Source of the DNA: Balanoglossus misakiensis
Lineage: Eukaryota; Animalia; Hemichordata
NCBI GenBank assembly: GCA_040954595.2
Contig: CM082587.2
Span: forward strand, 3,356,275-3,420,274
Direction of reading: 5' to 3'
DNA length: 64,000 bases
Shown here: one piece after another, positions 63,899 through 64,000 of the stretch
How the letters are laid out: every line of letters starts with the position of its first letter
Position numbering within the stretch: the stretch's first letter is position 1
Program-made: the position numbers and the translations under genes
Notes under the pieces: model-generated
Database searches by the model: none
Told to the model about the DNA's origin: nothing
The model's input: the letters and a program-made list of their open reading frames with translations, nothing else

Positions 63899-64000
63899 GT
63901 GGGTATTTCACAGGTTGCTTCACGTAATGTTAGTGATAACTCTTTCTTTTTTCCTTCTGTGTCAGTTGAACTGTAAGAACAAACTAATGAAAATTATCTT

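Overview
This is a eukaryotic, intron-rich, AT-rich window from a metazoan. The proteins look like those of an invertebrate deuterostome, but that is inference and the species cannot be fixed from the sequence. I reconstructed four spliced genes by hand from GT-AG sites, reading-phase continuity and recalled human orthologue sequences: SURF4 (+, first exon outside the window), FBXO38 (-, complete, about 1392 aa), a single Pins/LGN/AGS3 gene (GPSM1/2 co-orthologue, -, about 647 aa over 45 kb) and XAB2/SYF1 (+, runs off the 3' end). The last two are head-to-head across about 440 bp. There are no prokaryotic systems, CRISPR arrays or autonomous transposons. The best leads are in the GPSM locus: a candidate intronic first exon giving a TPR-less three-GoLoco isoform, an MRCCRG N-terminal micro-exon, candidate alternative linker exons, many RFX X-box palindromes, Sox-POU composite motifs, possible antisense transcription units, and SURF4-GPSM-XAB2 linkage resembling the MHC paralogon. 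All isoform and regulatory claims are predictions that need transcript or chromatin data.
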